A DNA stretch of 64,000 nt, taken from contig OX597825.1 in the NCBI GenBank assembly GCA_951406725.2, positions 39,184,001-39,248,000 on the forward strand. Direction: 5' to 3'. The notes under the pieces were generated by a model that ran no database searches, was not told the DNA's origin, and saw nothing but the letters and a program-made list of their open reading frames with translations. The position numbers and the translations under genes were made by a program. This DNA is from Octopus vulgaris. Taxonomy: Eukaryota. Numbering within the stretch: the stretch's first letter is position 1; the number at the start of each line of letters is the position of its first letter. This document shows positions 1 to 14,190 of the stretch, one piece after another.

Positions 1-203
1 GTGCACTATGTAATAGAGATGGACGTAAAAAGAGGTGTGTGAAATCGACACTGCTATATATTGTTTCTGCACCGAGAATATTTCTATTACTTTGGTTTGA
101 TTTGAAATCAGAAAGCAAAAGCCTGAAAGAATTATGTTACGGAATATTCCGACTCTATTTCGTATGTGCCAGTTCGGCAACATACGGTGTCCTATGATAT
201 AGT

Positions 204-914
204 GATCATTGCCTTTTGACCGGCAGATTTAGAAAATATTTTTTTGTAACCAAACACTTTCAAATTCGTATACTGGTAGAATGTGTCATATAAATAATGT
301 TTTCCTCTTAGCGTTTTTGAGAAAAGTTAAGATTTATGAAGTTATTTCGTGTTTAAATTGTCGTATTTCGGTAATTTCAACCAACCACTGACATATTCAA
401 CTGAATAAAATAGCTGCTTTTAGTTTTTTTTTCCTGTTTTTCAGCTACTATTTTCGGAAAGACGTATTTGCCCCCTACTCCTCCAATTTCTTTATTTTAA
501 AGTTTTTTTTTCTGTAACTCTAACCCTAAAACCCCAACCTTTACCCTAGCCTTAACCCTAACTCTAAAACCCTAACCCTAAAAACCTTACCCTAAAAGCT
601 TAGTTAAAAGATTAAAGTTAAAACCAGTACAAACGCACGAACGATGTCATAAATAACAATGACAAACGAAATATACACTGCCTATAGTTGTTGTTGACAA
701 AAACCGCAGCAATTTTATTCATCTGAATACACGTCATTGATTGGCTGAAATTACCGAAATATGACAACTTTAAAATGAAATAAGCTCGTTATTCTCAAAA
801 ACGCTAAGAGTAAAAAATGTTTTATATGACACTTTTATACCAGTGTCCGAAGTTTGAAAGTGTTTAGTTACAAAAAATCAATTTCTCGATCTACCGTTGA
901 AAGAGAAAAGATCC
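204..914. mobile_element. Foldback/MITE-type non-autonomous DNA transposon with ~215-bp imperfect TIRs (Mutator- or hAT-like by TSD length)
   Basis: About 204-418 is the imperfect reverse complement of about 706-914 (e.g. gtaaccaaacactttcaaa / tttgaaagtgtttagttac; cttagcgtttttgagaa / ttctcaaaaacgctaag). The direct repeat tgatatagt flanks it at 195-203 and 915-923. Confidence 0.8.
515..597 (+). repeat. Degenerate telomere-like (TAACCC)n tract inside the foldback element
   Basis: taactctaaccctaaaaccccaacctttaccctagccttaaccctaactctaaaaccctaaccctaaaaaccttacccta. Confidence 0.8.
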
Positions 915-1632
915 TGATATAGTATTACCATTTAATTTGAAACAACATATCTTAAAACTATTAGACGTAATTGCTTTCGTTTGAAGTATATAAATATGAA
1001 TATTATAGATGTCATTTTTTTATTAGTAATTTGGCAGCATAAAATATTAATTGAAATTGAAGAAATTTCGACTAAGGCGAACGATAATTTTTTAGTTAAT
1101 AGAAACATATTCATGATTACAATTTTTCCACTTGTAATATGTTTAATCCTTTCAATGGTTTGGCTCCATCACAAACACAACTTGAGTATACATGTAGGTA
1201 TATTTTTCCCCTCGTAGAGCTCCTCTCTCTATAACAATGGTGTTTGTTCAACATTGAGATTTTATTATTTTCCCGCTAAATCTTTCACATCGAACAGTCA
1301 ATAAAAAGTGTTCTTGTTTATTCAACATTAGCGATATCTATTTCACTCTGCTGCCCATTGCAGCACTCTCAATTAGAGTATTTTATATAATTAGAGAGGG
1401 GACTGAGTAGGTGAAAATTTCAGAGGATTTACTCGCTTGAAAGAAGTACCGGTGATTGACTTCTATATTTCTCTTTAAAAGTAGATAGCAGCTGTTCATG
1501 AATATCTTCATCATATTCAACCTCATGATGTGCATCCAGGTTACAATATATCTGAATACCTTGGCAAATTGTTAGTGAAACTATCTCCGATGTCGGAGAA
1601 TGGAATCTGTCTTTTCAATATGTTAATATCAA

Positions 1633-1722
1633 CATACATACATAAACACACACACACACACACACACATACACACAAATACACACATACACACAGACACA
1701 CACACACATACACATGTATACA
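1633..1722. repeat. (CA)n/(CATA)n microsatellite
   Basis: Read directly; explains the HTHT/CVCV ORFs. Confidence 0.95.
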
Positions 1723-2619
1723 TGCAACTGTTCCCTTAATCAAGGTATTTTAGCAATGTGTTCAGCATTTCCTTATGGGTGGTGAAATAGTTTTTAAGTT
1801 CATTCGGCTATAAATGAAGACATGTATCATGACCAACATTTCTAAAGAACTTCAGCATTACTAAACGTAAGGAAAAATTCCAGTCTGGTCGTGTTTGGAT
1901 ATCTATGACACTGGCACCAAAACTATACATGAAATATCTCTGGCTGACAAGAACTGGCGTATGGCAAATCCATCATCCAAAACATTTCACAGAAATAAAT
2001 GCTCCCTAGCAGGGCTTGATACTGCTGCGCTGACAGACAGAGATTAAGCTACAGTTCGGAACTTGCAGCTTTGTGTTTTTTGAGGTTTTGTATCTACCAG
2101 AAAATACCAACAATTTTGATAGTTAGTCACTAATGATTGTCTAAAAAAGAGCTTGCCGTGTCTTTTGTTTTTTTACTTGTTTCATAGTACAAAAGAACGT
2201 AAGGCGTCCATTAAATTATCTGCACTGAGTTAACCTGATAAGCACCTAGAACCTTTTATATATCACTCTATTCTGTTTGAAGATAAGGGAAATAAATATT
2301 TGTGCAGTCACAGAAGGAATTACCCTGTATTCTAATACAATCTCATGCGCCCCATGCAAAAAAGAAGGCAAACTACTCGGAGCATTGTCGCTGATGGCAA
2401 AAGGTGCATATAGAAATGATATATACAAACATACACACGTGCATGAATTAATGCATGCTTACAGACATACTGACGTATAATCACATATAAAACGCGAACG
2501 TGCACACACTCACACAGAAACGCACATACATAAAGACACAGGTACATACTCAAATGCCGTTTGTAATTTCAATATTTTGAATAGTTGAGATTTTTATGGA
2601 ATATATGGCATCAGTGTAG

Positions 2620-4060
2620 AGGAAGAATATAATATATGTACACACTATGGACAGTGTCTTGTCGGTTACCATCAATACTTTTTCTGTATGCTACTCAATA
2701 TGAATTATCCAGTTGTATAATTGAAACAATTGATCTTCCATTTCGTAGTTTCATGAACACTGCATACAATACTAGGCAACTGCTTCTCTTTTCTTAATTT
2801 TATGTCATCACTACAATTGTGAAACCCGAATGAAAACTATAATAGTGACATTCGGAATTTTACAATTTTACTTGCCTTCGTTTTTCATAATTATCTTTTA
2901 CTAGATGTGATTCACTTTCTAGATATGTGTGAGTTGCTCTCGACACATTCGCATATGTGCACTGTAAAATAAATAAAGAGACGTAAGGAAACGATTTTGA
3001 ATATAACATATGTTTATTGTTTTTGTTGTATTTCGATGGTATTTTATTACCAAATATGTTCAAACTAAATAAATATTATTTTAATTATTTCTATGTTTAA
3101 TACGCAGTCGCATGATACATGATACACGCTCTAACTTCTACAAAAAGAAAACAATGATTAATATTTGTAATAATTGCATAGAAATTTAAATTGCTTTCCA
3201 AAATAAAACAGAGAATAAATTCATAGTCAGCTTCCAATACAATGCTATGAAATACTTTAGTTTGAACTTTCATCTACTGCAATGACAAATTTCACGTAAC
3301 GGATCTTGCACAATTAAGCAATCATTTATGAAACCGACAAATCCTCCGGTATTTACATTAAATAAAGTATCAAATGATAGAAGATGGGTTGTAGAATTAC
3401 ATAGAAATTATTTCGATCAAACACTATATATTCTGACAGCGAAACTGAAGAACACATAGTAATTTTACTTTGAAGTAATCTCTTATAATTTGTAGAATTC
3501 ATTGAATGTTTACTTATATATTGGTTCCTTATCACATTACTGATTTCGTTGTTTCTCTGTTTTACTTCATGATTTGCAATATTCCTAAGATTCTTTGACA
3601 TGATAAGAAGAAATTACTTAAGAATTTTTTCATTGTGTATATTCACGGAACTAAGATACGGATTTTCAGACACATTGCTAATATTACATACAAAAAGTTT
3701 CTGGAATTATGCAAGTGTACTACTCTATAATATCGATATGCTGATATTTAAGATACTTCAACATCAAACAATGTGTTGAAAACTTTTCAATTTCCTATTT
3801 CACCCTTCAGTGTTAGAATTAGTTCTCAAATATTATTTCTTTTCATATGAAAACTTCTAGTATCAATAGAGTTGGAGACAACAAACATGAAACAGAAAGA
3901 AGATAGCGATATCTACTAGTTGAAGCATTCTTGTATGACAGTGAGTGAGTAACGCATGGCAGTATCTATTTAGAATTAGGAATATTAAGATTTCATTGTT
4001 GTCATGCATTTCTTTGCTGCTTTCCAATCCAACAAGAAATGAATTATTTCGTGTCATGAG
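2620..4060 (-). pseudogene. Possible highly decayed class B (Methuselah/adhesion-like) GPCR remnant
   Basis: Minus-strand pieces in a plausible order: NRYC..., VFNTLFDVE, MCSSVSLSEYIVFDRNNFYV (resembles the pre-TM1 C..V.L..EY motif), then hydrophobic KLTMNLFSVLFW and MLYSKSFPYVSLFIL. Many stops and frameshifts. Confidence 0.3.
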
Positions 4061-4750
4061 TGTCAAAACAAATTTGACAAGTGACTTGTGTATAAATCCA
4101 GTTTAGGATGTAAAGAATACGCTCCCTCAGACAAAAAATTTCATTTCATAATAAAAAAAAAGGTATGATATAGATTTCTCGTTATTCTGATAGATTTGAT
4201 ATTATTGCGTCTTCTTCGTTCTATATATTCTGTGAAACGCATACAGAAAGCTGCTAGATATAATGACAAAGTATGTTTTCATGAAAAAAGAAATGGCATA
4301 TTTTTTTCTTTCCAAACATATCTTTATGTACATACCTTAACATAGCGACATCAATCTAGAGGTCGGTACTTTTGAAACCATTCTATCAAAATGTATTGGA
4401 AATATGAATGGTTGCTTTTCCATATCAGAAAATTCAGCCAAGAAATAATTATACAATACCATCAAAATCATGCACTTAGAAAAATACACACATAAGTATA
4501 ATATTTCACGGAGACACAAGAGCACGAATGCATGGTAACAATAGTGTCCATGATTACAATATAAATAAAAAAATATATGCTCAGACACAAGCAAGTGCAT
4601 GAAAGTAATATCGCATTTATATAAGTTTTTCAAAACTTGCTGTTATCAAATAATATTGCCATAAGTTCATAGGAGATTATAAGTAACCTCAATATCAGCT
4701 CTTTTACAACCATCGTTACAACCAAGTTTACCATCATTCATTAAAATATT
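4060..4750 (-). pseudogene. Decayed 7TM fragment resembling class B (Methuselah/adhesion-like) GPCR TM2-TM5
   Basis: Manual translation from 4620 downward: INAILLSCTCLCLSIYFFIYIV...CVSVKYYTYVCIFLSA*F*WYCIIISWLNFLIWK (TM3-like C....Y..L..F.W), then ICL...FVIISSSFLYAFHRIYRTKK. Confidence 0.4.
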
Positions 4751-5719
4751 AACTTGAAAAGACTAACTTAAAATTGGTCATCACAATTTAAACTTGCTGC
4801 CAACTTGTAAATTCTAAGTCGAAGTTTAAATGAAGTTGAAATGATAATTTAGACAGATTGTTAAGGATTCAGTTCTACCCTGCATTAACTGAATATAAAC
4901 ATGTGGCATGCATTTGGTGGTATTAATACTGCGATTATGAGAGGAAATATTCGGAGGGGGACGTAATATGTGTATGTATGTGAGTGTATATATGTTTGTG
5001 TGTATGGATATATATACGTGGTTTTGTGTGTAGAAGGTAGAAACGTAACACACGACTTGTAAGATAAGACAAGATAGAAAATGCCAAAATAATCTCATCA
5101 TGAAGTACGGTTTAGTAGCGGTTTTAGACTTTTCGACTGAGTGTAAAATAAGAAAAACAATTAAATTGGAGTAAAATAAATTAAGTGAAATGTTCTGTAA
5201 ATATTGCCATCGTCTTTAAACAGGTAAATATTTCCGTAGTTTTCAGATAGACAGTCCCTCTCTCTCTCTCTCTTCCTTTGTGTATGCTTAGTAGGTAGGT
5301 AGGTAGGTAGAAGTAACTTGAAGGAATTATTTGAGTACAGAGAATTGAGGAACTCAGGTACTGAACGGATTAAAGGATGATAAATATAGGTATTATGGAA
5401 ATGACAAACAATAAATTAAATAGAGAGATACAATTGACTATCCAATAATTCATTTATATAATAATATAACATAATATACAATGAATATTATATATGGAAT
5501 GATAGCACAAAATTATCAAAAAACAAAGATCCAGCAACTTGTTTCAACTTATATACGTTATATGATATATAAACAATTCAATTCAATTATATAAGTCCTA
5601 TTAGAGCCAAAATTCAACGACAGACGAATTTCCGTGTGAAAGAGCGGCTAGATCCTAAAAAAATAATCTAAATACCTATATATACCTATCCCTATTCTCC
5701 AATGTGTACCCACGGTTTG

Positions 5720-6600
5720 CAATCAATTTTTAAATACAGTTTTCAGTTGATCCTATATAAAAATAATTTTTCCGTTGCGAATCAACCTTGCATCTATATA
5801 CACTAATTTTCTGTAAACAAACATTATTAAAACAAAAATTATCCTTATATCTACAACCACAATTCCTAGCTAGATCATTCACTGTAACAGTAACATTTGT
5901 GTTATTGTAAAAATTGTCTAATCTTTCATTACTAAAGAAAGTTATAAATTTTAACAAATTTTTAGATAGAGAAAAACCTATTCTAATCCTTTCATTATTA
6001 ATTATTTTATTATATTTATATTCTTTATTAAAATGCTTCGATATAGATCTGTAAAACAGCTTGACCAAAATCGTTCTTATTTGTCCTGCGTAATGAATGA
6101 TAAACTAAATATAATCATCGTCATTATAATTAACTTTATTAGGCCATATACTTATCCTTAAACTTAAGTCTTTTAATTTATCTATTTTCATACAGAATGT
6201 ATTTACTACACTTGTTCCTAATAATATCATTACCATTGTTAATCGAATCATTAATATTTACGAATCTATTGGATACTGTTCTCATATTAGATACACTCAC
6301 TTAGTTGTCAACCAATTTTCCATTATTATAGAAAGACATTTTTGAGTTTCCATTCTTATTACAATATGCTATTCTATTCCAGTATACTGCTTTTTGATGA
6401 GCATCATTATAATATACGGCATTATTATTTAAGATTTCCTCATTGGACGATAAATAAAAACACCTCTAGAAATGTTATTAATCAAACGTCTTCCTATCAC
6501 TTTAGGATAGTTACTATGAAAGTTGATATATTCTCAATTATATTTGGGTTTATGATACGAACTATATAAGCAAGGAAGAAGGTTCAGATTCACATCAGGT
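5720..6600 (-). mobile_element. Penelope-like element (PLE) remnant: RT thumb plus Cys-rich linker and GIY-YIG endonuclease
   Basis: ORF 5730-6068 ends NCGCRYKDNFCFNNVCLQKISVYRCKV...YFYIGSTE, matching CxCR...C...VY...YIG.TE. Upstream minus-strand pieces YHKPN..YINFHSNYPKVI...SSNEE...YND match the PLE thumb region. Confidence 0.75.
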
Positions 6601-6871
6601 AATTAACTGAATCAAATTCATTTTCTACAGAGATACAGAAACGTAATATTTAAAAATAATTACGGAATTTTTTCTTCTACAGATTTCTGTTTCAAAAACT
6701 AGAGCATCATCTTTATTGAGGCGACCTTTAATGTCTAGAAATTCACAATGGAAATGACATAGTATGTATATAACCTAGGAAGTTAGTAACCTGGGTGGAA
6801 TCGGCAGCGCCCATGGTTATGTCAAAATCACGATTAGTGTTTTTCCGGTCCAGTACTTATAATCAAATTAA

Positions 6872-7610
<739 letters not shown>

Positions 7611-7982
7611 AGCTTTAAGATTCTTGCAGTTACTGTAAAATACAACATCATATTAGCAATTTAATGCGAATTACATATGACAAATAAGATATCTTCCTGA
7701 TACTAAATATGTATATTGGATAAGTACCTTCATTTAATTTATTAATTTATTGATGATGATAATATTAATAGTAATAATAATCATAATAATAAATGAATAG
7801 TTTTATTTGAATTACTAACTAAATTTAAAAAGCGCAATAACAATTGATGTAGTATTGTATAGTTTATAACCGGTATTCTAAAACCACAATATTCTTTCGT
7901 TAATTCTGTAGTAATCAATACAATTTGGATATAAACTATTTATAGTAATTTATATATGCATATATATATATATATATATACT

Positions 7983-8350
7983 CTCTTCTACTTGTTTCAG
8001 TCATTTGACTGCGGCCATGCTGGAGCGCCACCTTTAGTCGAAGAAATCGACGCTAGGACTTATTCTTTCTAAGGCTAGTACTTATTCTATCGGTCTCATT
8101 TGCCGAACCGCTAATTGAGGGGAAGTAAACACAGCAGCATCGGTTGTCAAGCGATGCTGAAGGACAAACACACACAAACACACATACATATATATATATG
8201 TATACATATATACGACGGGCTTCATTAAGTCTCCATCTACCAAATCCACTCACATGGCTTTGGCCGGCCGGAATCTATTGTAGAAGACATTTGCTCAAGG
8301 TGCCACGCAGTGGGACTGAACCCGGAACTATTCGGTTCGTATGCAAGCTA
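7983..8350 (-). mobile_element. tRNA-derived SINE family 1 (octopus OR2/CORE-like)
   Basis: Reverse complement has a B-box-like ggttcagtcccactgcgtggcaccttgagcaa, an internal (TA/TG)n and a ccagcatggccgcag...gaaacaagta tail. Homologous to 9791-10202 and 60205-60617. The family name is from recall. Confidence 0.85.
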
Positions 8351-8574
8351 ATATATATAAAATAATATTAATTATATTTTTGGAGGGTATGTACTCAATC
8401 CTTGTTTTAGTTAAAATAATTTTTATTTACTGAGTTCTTCCTTCTATAATAAACGAATAATTATCCTTCTTTGTGTGACTTCAAATCTGTATATATCTGA
8501 AAAGCTAGTAATATGTTGACATCCATTATTATAGTTCATCGTTATATCTTCTGGGGTAATATGCGTTGTTGCAA

Positions 8575-8911
8575 TTGCAGCTCTAAGTTTATCTTCATTT
8601 TTATTACGTATTCGCCCTACGGTAAACTAAATAAATAAAGAATATTTTTGTTAGTTAATTTAAACAATCTCTGTTATAGTGATCACTTTATTGCAGCTCT
8701 AAGATTATCTTTATATTTATTACGGAATTCATTCTACGATAAATTAAGTAAATAAAGAACATTTTTGTCAGGTACTTTAAACAGTATTTTTTTATCAATC
8801 ACTTTAATGTAGCTCTAAGTTTATTATCACGGAATTCACCCTACGATAAATTAAAAACAGAACAGTTTTTGTTAGCTACTTGAAACAATCTTTTCTTATA
8901 GCAATAACTTT
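8575..8911. repeat. Three-copy ~117-bp minisatellite
   Basis: Unit beginning (t)gcagctctaag...ctacgataaattaa...atttttgttag...aaacaat recurs at about 8575, 8691 and 8808. Confidence 0.85.
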
Positions 8912-9682
8912 AAATAAAGAGAAGAGTTCATATATATTACCAATATAAGTATCATTTATAATATTTATACGTTTTATTAAAGTTTATAGATTAAGTAAGA
9001 GCCTGGTACTTGATTTATATGCCTATATATTGTTGATGTATGTTATTATAATAGAAAAATTATTTCTTCGACCCAAAATAGTTAGGATTAATATTATTTG
9101 CGATACATAGAAATATATTTCGATAGTTGTAGATTCTATTTACTTAGTCATTTTATCCGTTATTATTTTGTTTTGTTTTTTAATTATAATTGTTATGTAG
9201 TTGAAAAGTTAACACTCACGCTCACAATACATACGTATCTGAATTATTTTTTTACAGACCACCTTTCCTTTCAAACGGAATTTCGTTTCTCCTTAAACCT
9301 TATCTCTGATGTGACTTATATAAGTAACTTGAATTGTATATTGTCTATATGTCAAATAATATATCTTAGTCGAAACAAATTTTTGATTCATCGGTTTCTT
9401 AATGATTATTTAATGTTATATTATATTCATAGTATATTGCTATATTATAATATGAATAAATTATTGGATGCACAATTGTATCTCTCTATTTAGGTTATTG
9501 TTTGTAATTTGCATTAGAACCCTATTTATGTGATTATTAACTGACATACCAAGGAAATGGTTGTTTTACACACCCCTTTGAAGGAATACCTTTCCTCAGT
9601 TTGTTACTGCATATACATACATCCATATATATATATATATTTATTTATAAACATATATATGCAATTATGTATGCATGTGTAT

Positions 9683-9746
<64 letters not shown>

Positions 9747-9790
9747 TGTATATATATATATACATATATATATACATATATATATATATT

Positions 9791-10202
9791 CTTTTATTCT
9801 TTGATATTTTTACTTGTTTCAGTCATTTAAATACGGTCATGCTAGGGCACCACCTTTAGTCGAGCAAATCTACCCCAGGACTTATTCTTCGCAAGAATAG
9901 TATTTATTCTATCGGGTTCTTTTACCGAACCTCTAAGTTACGGGGACGTATACACACTAGGGTCGGTTATCAAGCTATGTTGGGGGAAAGAAACACCGAA
10001 ACGCAAACATATGCACCCCCACTCACATAGATATACATGACGGGCTTCTTTCACATTCCGTGTACTAAATTCACTCACAAGGCTTTGGTCGACTCGAGGT
10101 TATAGTAGAAGACACTTGCACAATTTGCTACGCAGTGGGACTGAACCCGGAACCATGTAGTTAGTAAGAAATTTACTTAACACACAACCACTCCTGCATC
10201 TA
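9791..10202 (-). mobile_element. tRNA-derived SINE family 1, near full length
   Basis: Homologous to 7983-8350; includes the tRNA-like head (rc: gcaggagtggttgtgt...ggttccgggttcagtccc). Confidence 0.85.
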
Positions 10203-10478
10203 ATATATTTATAGAGAGAGAGCTGCATAGATAGACAGACAGTCGCAGACAGAGAGATAATTAGATAGATAGATATTTTGATAGATAGATAAACAGATAG
10301 ATACATATACTCATGTGCATACAGTAACGTGTACCTTATTTAAAAGAGTGCCGTGTATAAAAAAGAGATTACACACTGAGCCTTAGACAGGAGCAACATA
10401 GTCTCACTTCTTTGGATATAGGGAATATGTATACCAACACACCTATATATGAATACAGTGTAACATTTTAGGAGTTTT

Positions 10479-10697
10479 AAGGAGGCGAGCTGACGGAATC
10501 TGAAGCACGCCTAGCTAAATACTTAGCAGCATTTCGTATATCTTTACATTTTGCATTGAAATCAAATTTCACCCTGGTCGACTTTGCCATCCATCTTTCC
10601 GAGATGAATAAAATAAGTATCTGTTGAACATTGCGGTTATGGTAATCGACTTATCCTTACCCCGAATTAGCTGGTCTTCTGCCAAAAGCGAAAATTA
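10479..10697 (+). mobile_element. tRNA-derived SINE family 2
   Basis: aaggaggcgagctgacggaatc...gtcgactttgccatccatc...aagta...aatcgact; further copies at 46342, 50481, 51575, 55790 and 62930. Confidence 0.75.
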
Positions 10698-11145
10698 TTT
10701 TTTGTGTTAGAACTGAAAATGGCATTTAGCACCTCATTATTTCAATTAATTTTCGAGCTATAAGTCAGGGTGTACATGTAAATCAATAGCTCGGTTAACT
10801 GCATGGTGTACCCCATTAATTATGATAGATGTGGAAATAATTGTTTAGAGCATATTGCTGAGACATTGTCAATTATGTATTGCAAACATAATATTAAAAA
10901 ACAAATTGACGAAGCCATTTTGTGAGGTAGACATGTAAACAATGCCTACATAATGATTTCCGCCAATTACTATCAAATAACAGTGACTACTAAGCAAAAT
11001 TATTTATTCATTTTCACGCCCTGTAGTGCTCGATACTCTTAACATTTATTTTACATGTAACTGTTCTTCTAAAGCATCTCAAATTGCGACCATCGCTGAC
11101 TTATGACATTTATATCGTTTTATTGCGTGAGTTTTATCGAATTAC

Positions 11146-11202
<57 letters not shown>

Positions 11203-12170
11203 ACTTTCTCTGACCACTAATATTTGTGTTTGTGTGTGTATTGGAAACAAATTATTTACAAAAATGATAGTAGCTACCTACGTACATACGTATATGTCTA
11301 TATATTTTTATATGCATTGTGAATAACTATTCTTATTTGATTGTGATTTATTAATTCTATTTATTAACAATATATTTTAATACAAGCTTTCAATGTTGAC
11401 TGTTTTTTCCTACTGATGATTTTTAAAGATTTACATAACATTTTTCAATAATGTATTAATATCGCCATTGGCTATACACTTATTGATGAAAGAGAAAATA
11501 GTTGCGTCGTTTATGTGTGTGTATGTGTGTGTATGTGTATAAGTATGAGTACGTATTTATATGGCTATGTATGAATATACATATATACGCATATATATAA
11601 ACGTATGTGTAATTGTGTACCCGTATGCGATGTTTGGATGAAATGAAGGTTTGTGCATGTGTATATCTTTTTATATAATGTGTAATATACATTTGTATAT
11701 TGATGCATTTCTATGTGTGCACGTTTAAACTATACCTGTTCACATACCCACATTTTAATTGTGAAGTTAATATTTATACATGTATATGATAAACAAGAGA
11801 GATGAAATCAATATTTATAAATTAATTGTAGTCCTGTTACTTTTGCAATTTACTTATTTCTTACAGCTTTCCGTACCGAGGTCAAATTCCAAAGGTTTTG
11901 CCTTCCACAATAAGGGGAGTCGATATAATGGCTGTAAATTTATGACTGGTGACGATGTAATCGGTTTAACTGCTCGTAAGATAGAAATAATTATCAGTGC
12001 TGGTGTTATGTGAAGGCATCGAGATGAAAGACTCGCTAGCACACTGAGGATGAGTTGTCTTTCATCTTTTCAGGGTCAATTAAATAAGTACCAGTTACAC
12101 AATGAGATCCCCATCAAATATCAAATGTCTATGGTGGAAAGAATTATTACTATTTTGCTTGTGACAGATA

Positions 12171-13460
12171 CGAGGGGAGTTCAATAGGTAATGCCCCTGT
12201 TCCACTTCCGATAGCAGTAGAGCAACGAAACTTGGCACAGTTATTAGTCTTTTTCTACATAGAAACCACCCAGAGTTACGCATTTCTCCCATCGTTTGAT
12301 GCGGCTCTGGAGACCGATTTTGTAGAAGAACCCAGCTTGGTCCTCCAACCTCAACGTGACTTCAGAAATCAAGGCTGCATCATCTGGGAAACGCTTTCCT
12401 TTCAAAAACAACTTCATGATTTGGAAGAGGTGAAAATCAGAGGGTGCAATGTCAGGAAAGTAGGGGGGATGGGATGAGTTCATAGCCATACGACTGTGCT
12501 TCTGATCTGGCGACAAGCGAGTTGTGGACCGGAGCGTTGTCCTGCAGGAGGAGGATGCCTTTGCTGAACTTGCCCCGCCTCTTGATTTTGATAACATCTC
12601 TTAATTTCCTCAAAAGTGAAGCATAATAGGCTCCTGCAATTGTGGTACCCTTTGCCAGGAAATCTGTCATCACTAATCCGTCCTGGTCCCAGAAGACTGT
12701 GAGCATGACCTTGCCAGCGGAGGGCTGCACCCTTGCCTTCTTTGGAGGGGGTGAGTCACGGTGCTTCCACTGCATTGACTGGGCTTTGGTCTCTGGATCA
12801 TCGTGATGGACCCAGGTTTCATCCTGTTTGATCAGTCTTTTGAAAAATTTTGACTTGTCTTCTTGGCACATCTCCAAATTCACTCTCGAGAACTCGACGC
12901 GTTCTTGATTCTGGAAAGGCGTGAGCAACCTGGGAATCCATCTGGCAGACACGTTTTGCATATGCAAATGGTAATGAATGATAGTTTCCACAGACCCGGT
13001 ACTAATCTTGACCTCATGGGCTATTTGGCGAATAATTATGCGTCGATCTTCCAAAGTGGCAGCCTCAACTTGACGGACAGATGCCTCATCAATGGCAGAA
13101 GGGGGCGACCAGATCTGGGAGCTGTTTCCACAGAGTTCCGACCATGTTTGAATTCACGATGCCAGCGTTTTACAAGGTCATATGATGGGGCATCATCACC
13201 ATAAGTTGCTTTCATTTCATCAAAACTCTCCCGTGGTGTGCGTCCTTTCAAATAGGAAAACCGGATCACTGCTCGACACTCAACAGGCTCCATTTCACAC
13301 TTGACTCGGTTCAAACACCTGTAAATCAGAAACCACAATTAATTCAGAGCTGTAATTTACCACTTACTCTATAGATATATAAGTAAGTGCACATGCAAAA
13401 TTTCAGCTAGATCAAATAACCGCAAGTGGGTCAGAGGCATTACTTATTGAACGTCCCTCG
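12171..13460 (-). mobile_element. Full-length mariner (DD34D) DNA transposon with frameshifted transposase
   Basis: TIRs cgaggggagttcaataggtaatgcccctg / cagaggcattacttattgaacgtccctcg with TA on both sides; 1290 bp. Motifs: HTH, PRSGRP, WIPRLL, DETW, QDNAPVH and HPPYFPDIAPSDFHLF with 34-aa D-D spacing. Confidence 0.97.
12244..13293 (-). pseudogene. Mariner transposase split across three frames
   Basis: ORFs 13036-13338, 12452-13054 and 12244-12597 join into one transposase starting MEPVECRAV. Confidence 0.9.
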
Positions 13461-13647
13461 TAGCATGCTAATTTTATTCTCCTACACAAAACTTGCATAT
13501 GTAACTGTTTCTAAAATACATTTGTAAAAATAATTCTACAGTGTAATTACATTTAAAATACATCTCTTGGTGTTCATATGACACTTCAAATATCTCTCTA
13601 TCTATCTATCTATCTATCTATTAATCTATCTGTCTATCTATCTCTCT

Positions 13648-13682
<35 letters not shown>

Positions 13683-13699
13683 ATAAAAAAAAAAGAAAA

Positions 13700-13875
13700 A
13701 ACAAGAAAAAAGGCAAGAACGCGAGGACGTGGTACACACAATGTATTAACAGAAGCTCAGAGAAAGAAAGAAAGGTAGTTTTACGTTTCGAGCAAAACTC
13801 TTTTCAGGTGACCAAGGAAAGTCGAAGAAAGGAAGACGGAGGAAAACATCGCCAACGATCTACATGTAGCTCCAT
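13700..13875 (-). mobile_element. PLE-type terminal repeat fragment with a decayed hammerhead-like motif
   Basis: rc: ctgaaaa-gagttttgctc-gaaacgta. The core G8 is lost and stem I is disrupted. Confidence 0.45.
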
Positions 13876-13917
13876 TGCATATATATATATGTGTGTGTGT
13901 GTGTTTGTGTGCAATTG

Positions 13918-14190
13918 TTTGTGAGTGGAATTGGTTGACGAAATTTGAAAGCCGTAGCATATGTGCGTTTGTGTTTATTTGTGTAAGAGTGTGTGTTTAT
14001 GTGTGTTTTCCCCTATTACAGCTTGAGAACCGTTGCTGGTGTATTTACGTCCCCGTAACCAAGGCGCACTGCAAATCGCATCGACTCATTATGTATCAGG
14101 CTTGAAAAAAGAAAGTATCGGTGTCGATTCATTCAAGGCTGAACACCAGCATGGCTGCAGTGTAATGATTGAAATGTCTAAACGATAAAA
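13918..14190 (+). mobile_element. SINE family 1, 3' portion
   Basis: gtgagtggaattggttgacg...gtatttacgtccccgtaac...ccagcatggctgcag. Confidence 0.7.

Noticed and set aside
515-597. True telomere or chromosome fusion scar
   Set aside because: Short, degenerate, single orientation, and enclosed in a TIR element.
8575-8911. CRISPR-like array
   Set aside because: Whole ~117-bp units are repeated with no unique spacers; eukaryotic context and no cas genes.
12863-13204. Antisense ORF conserved in both mariners (also 19124-19465)
   Set aside because: Explained by shared ancestry of the two copies; no independent coding signal.
13778-13810. Functional hammerhead on the minus strand
   Set aside because: Core reads CUGAAAA (G8 lost) and stem I is broken; kept only as a remnant.
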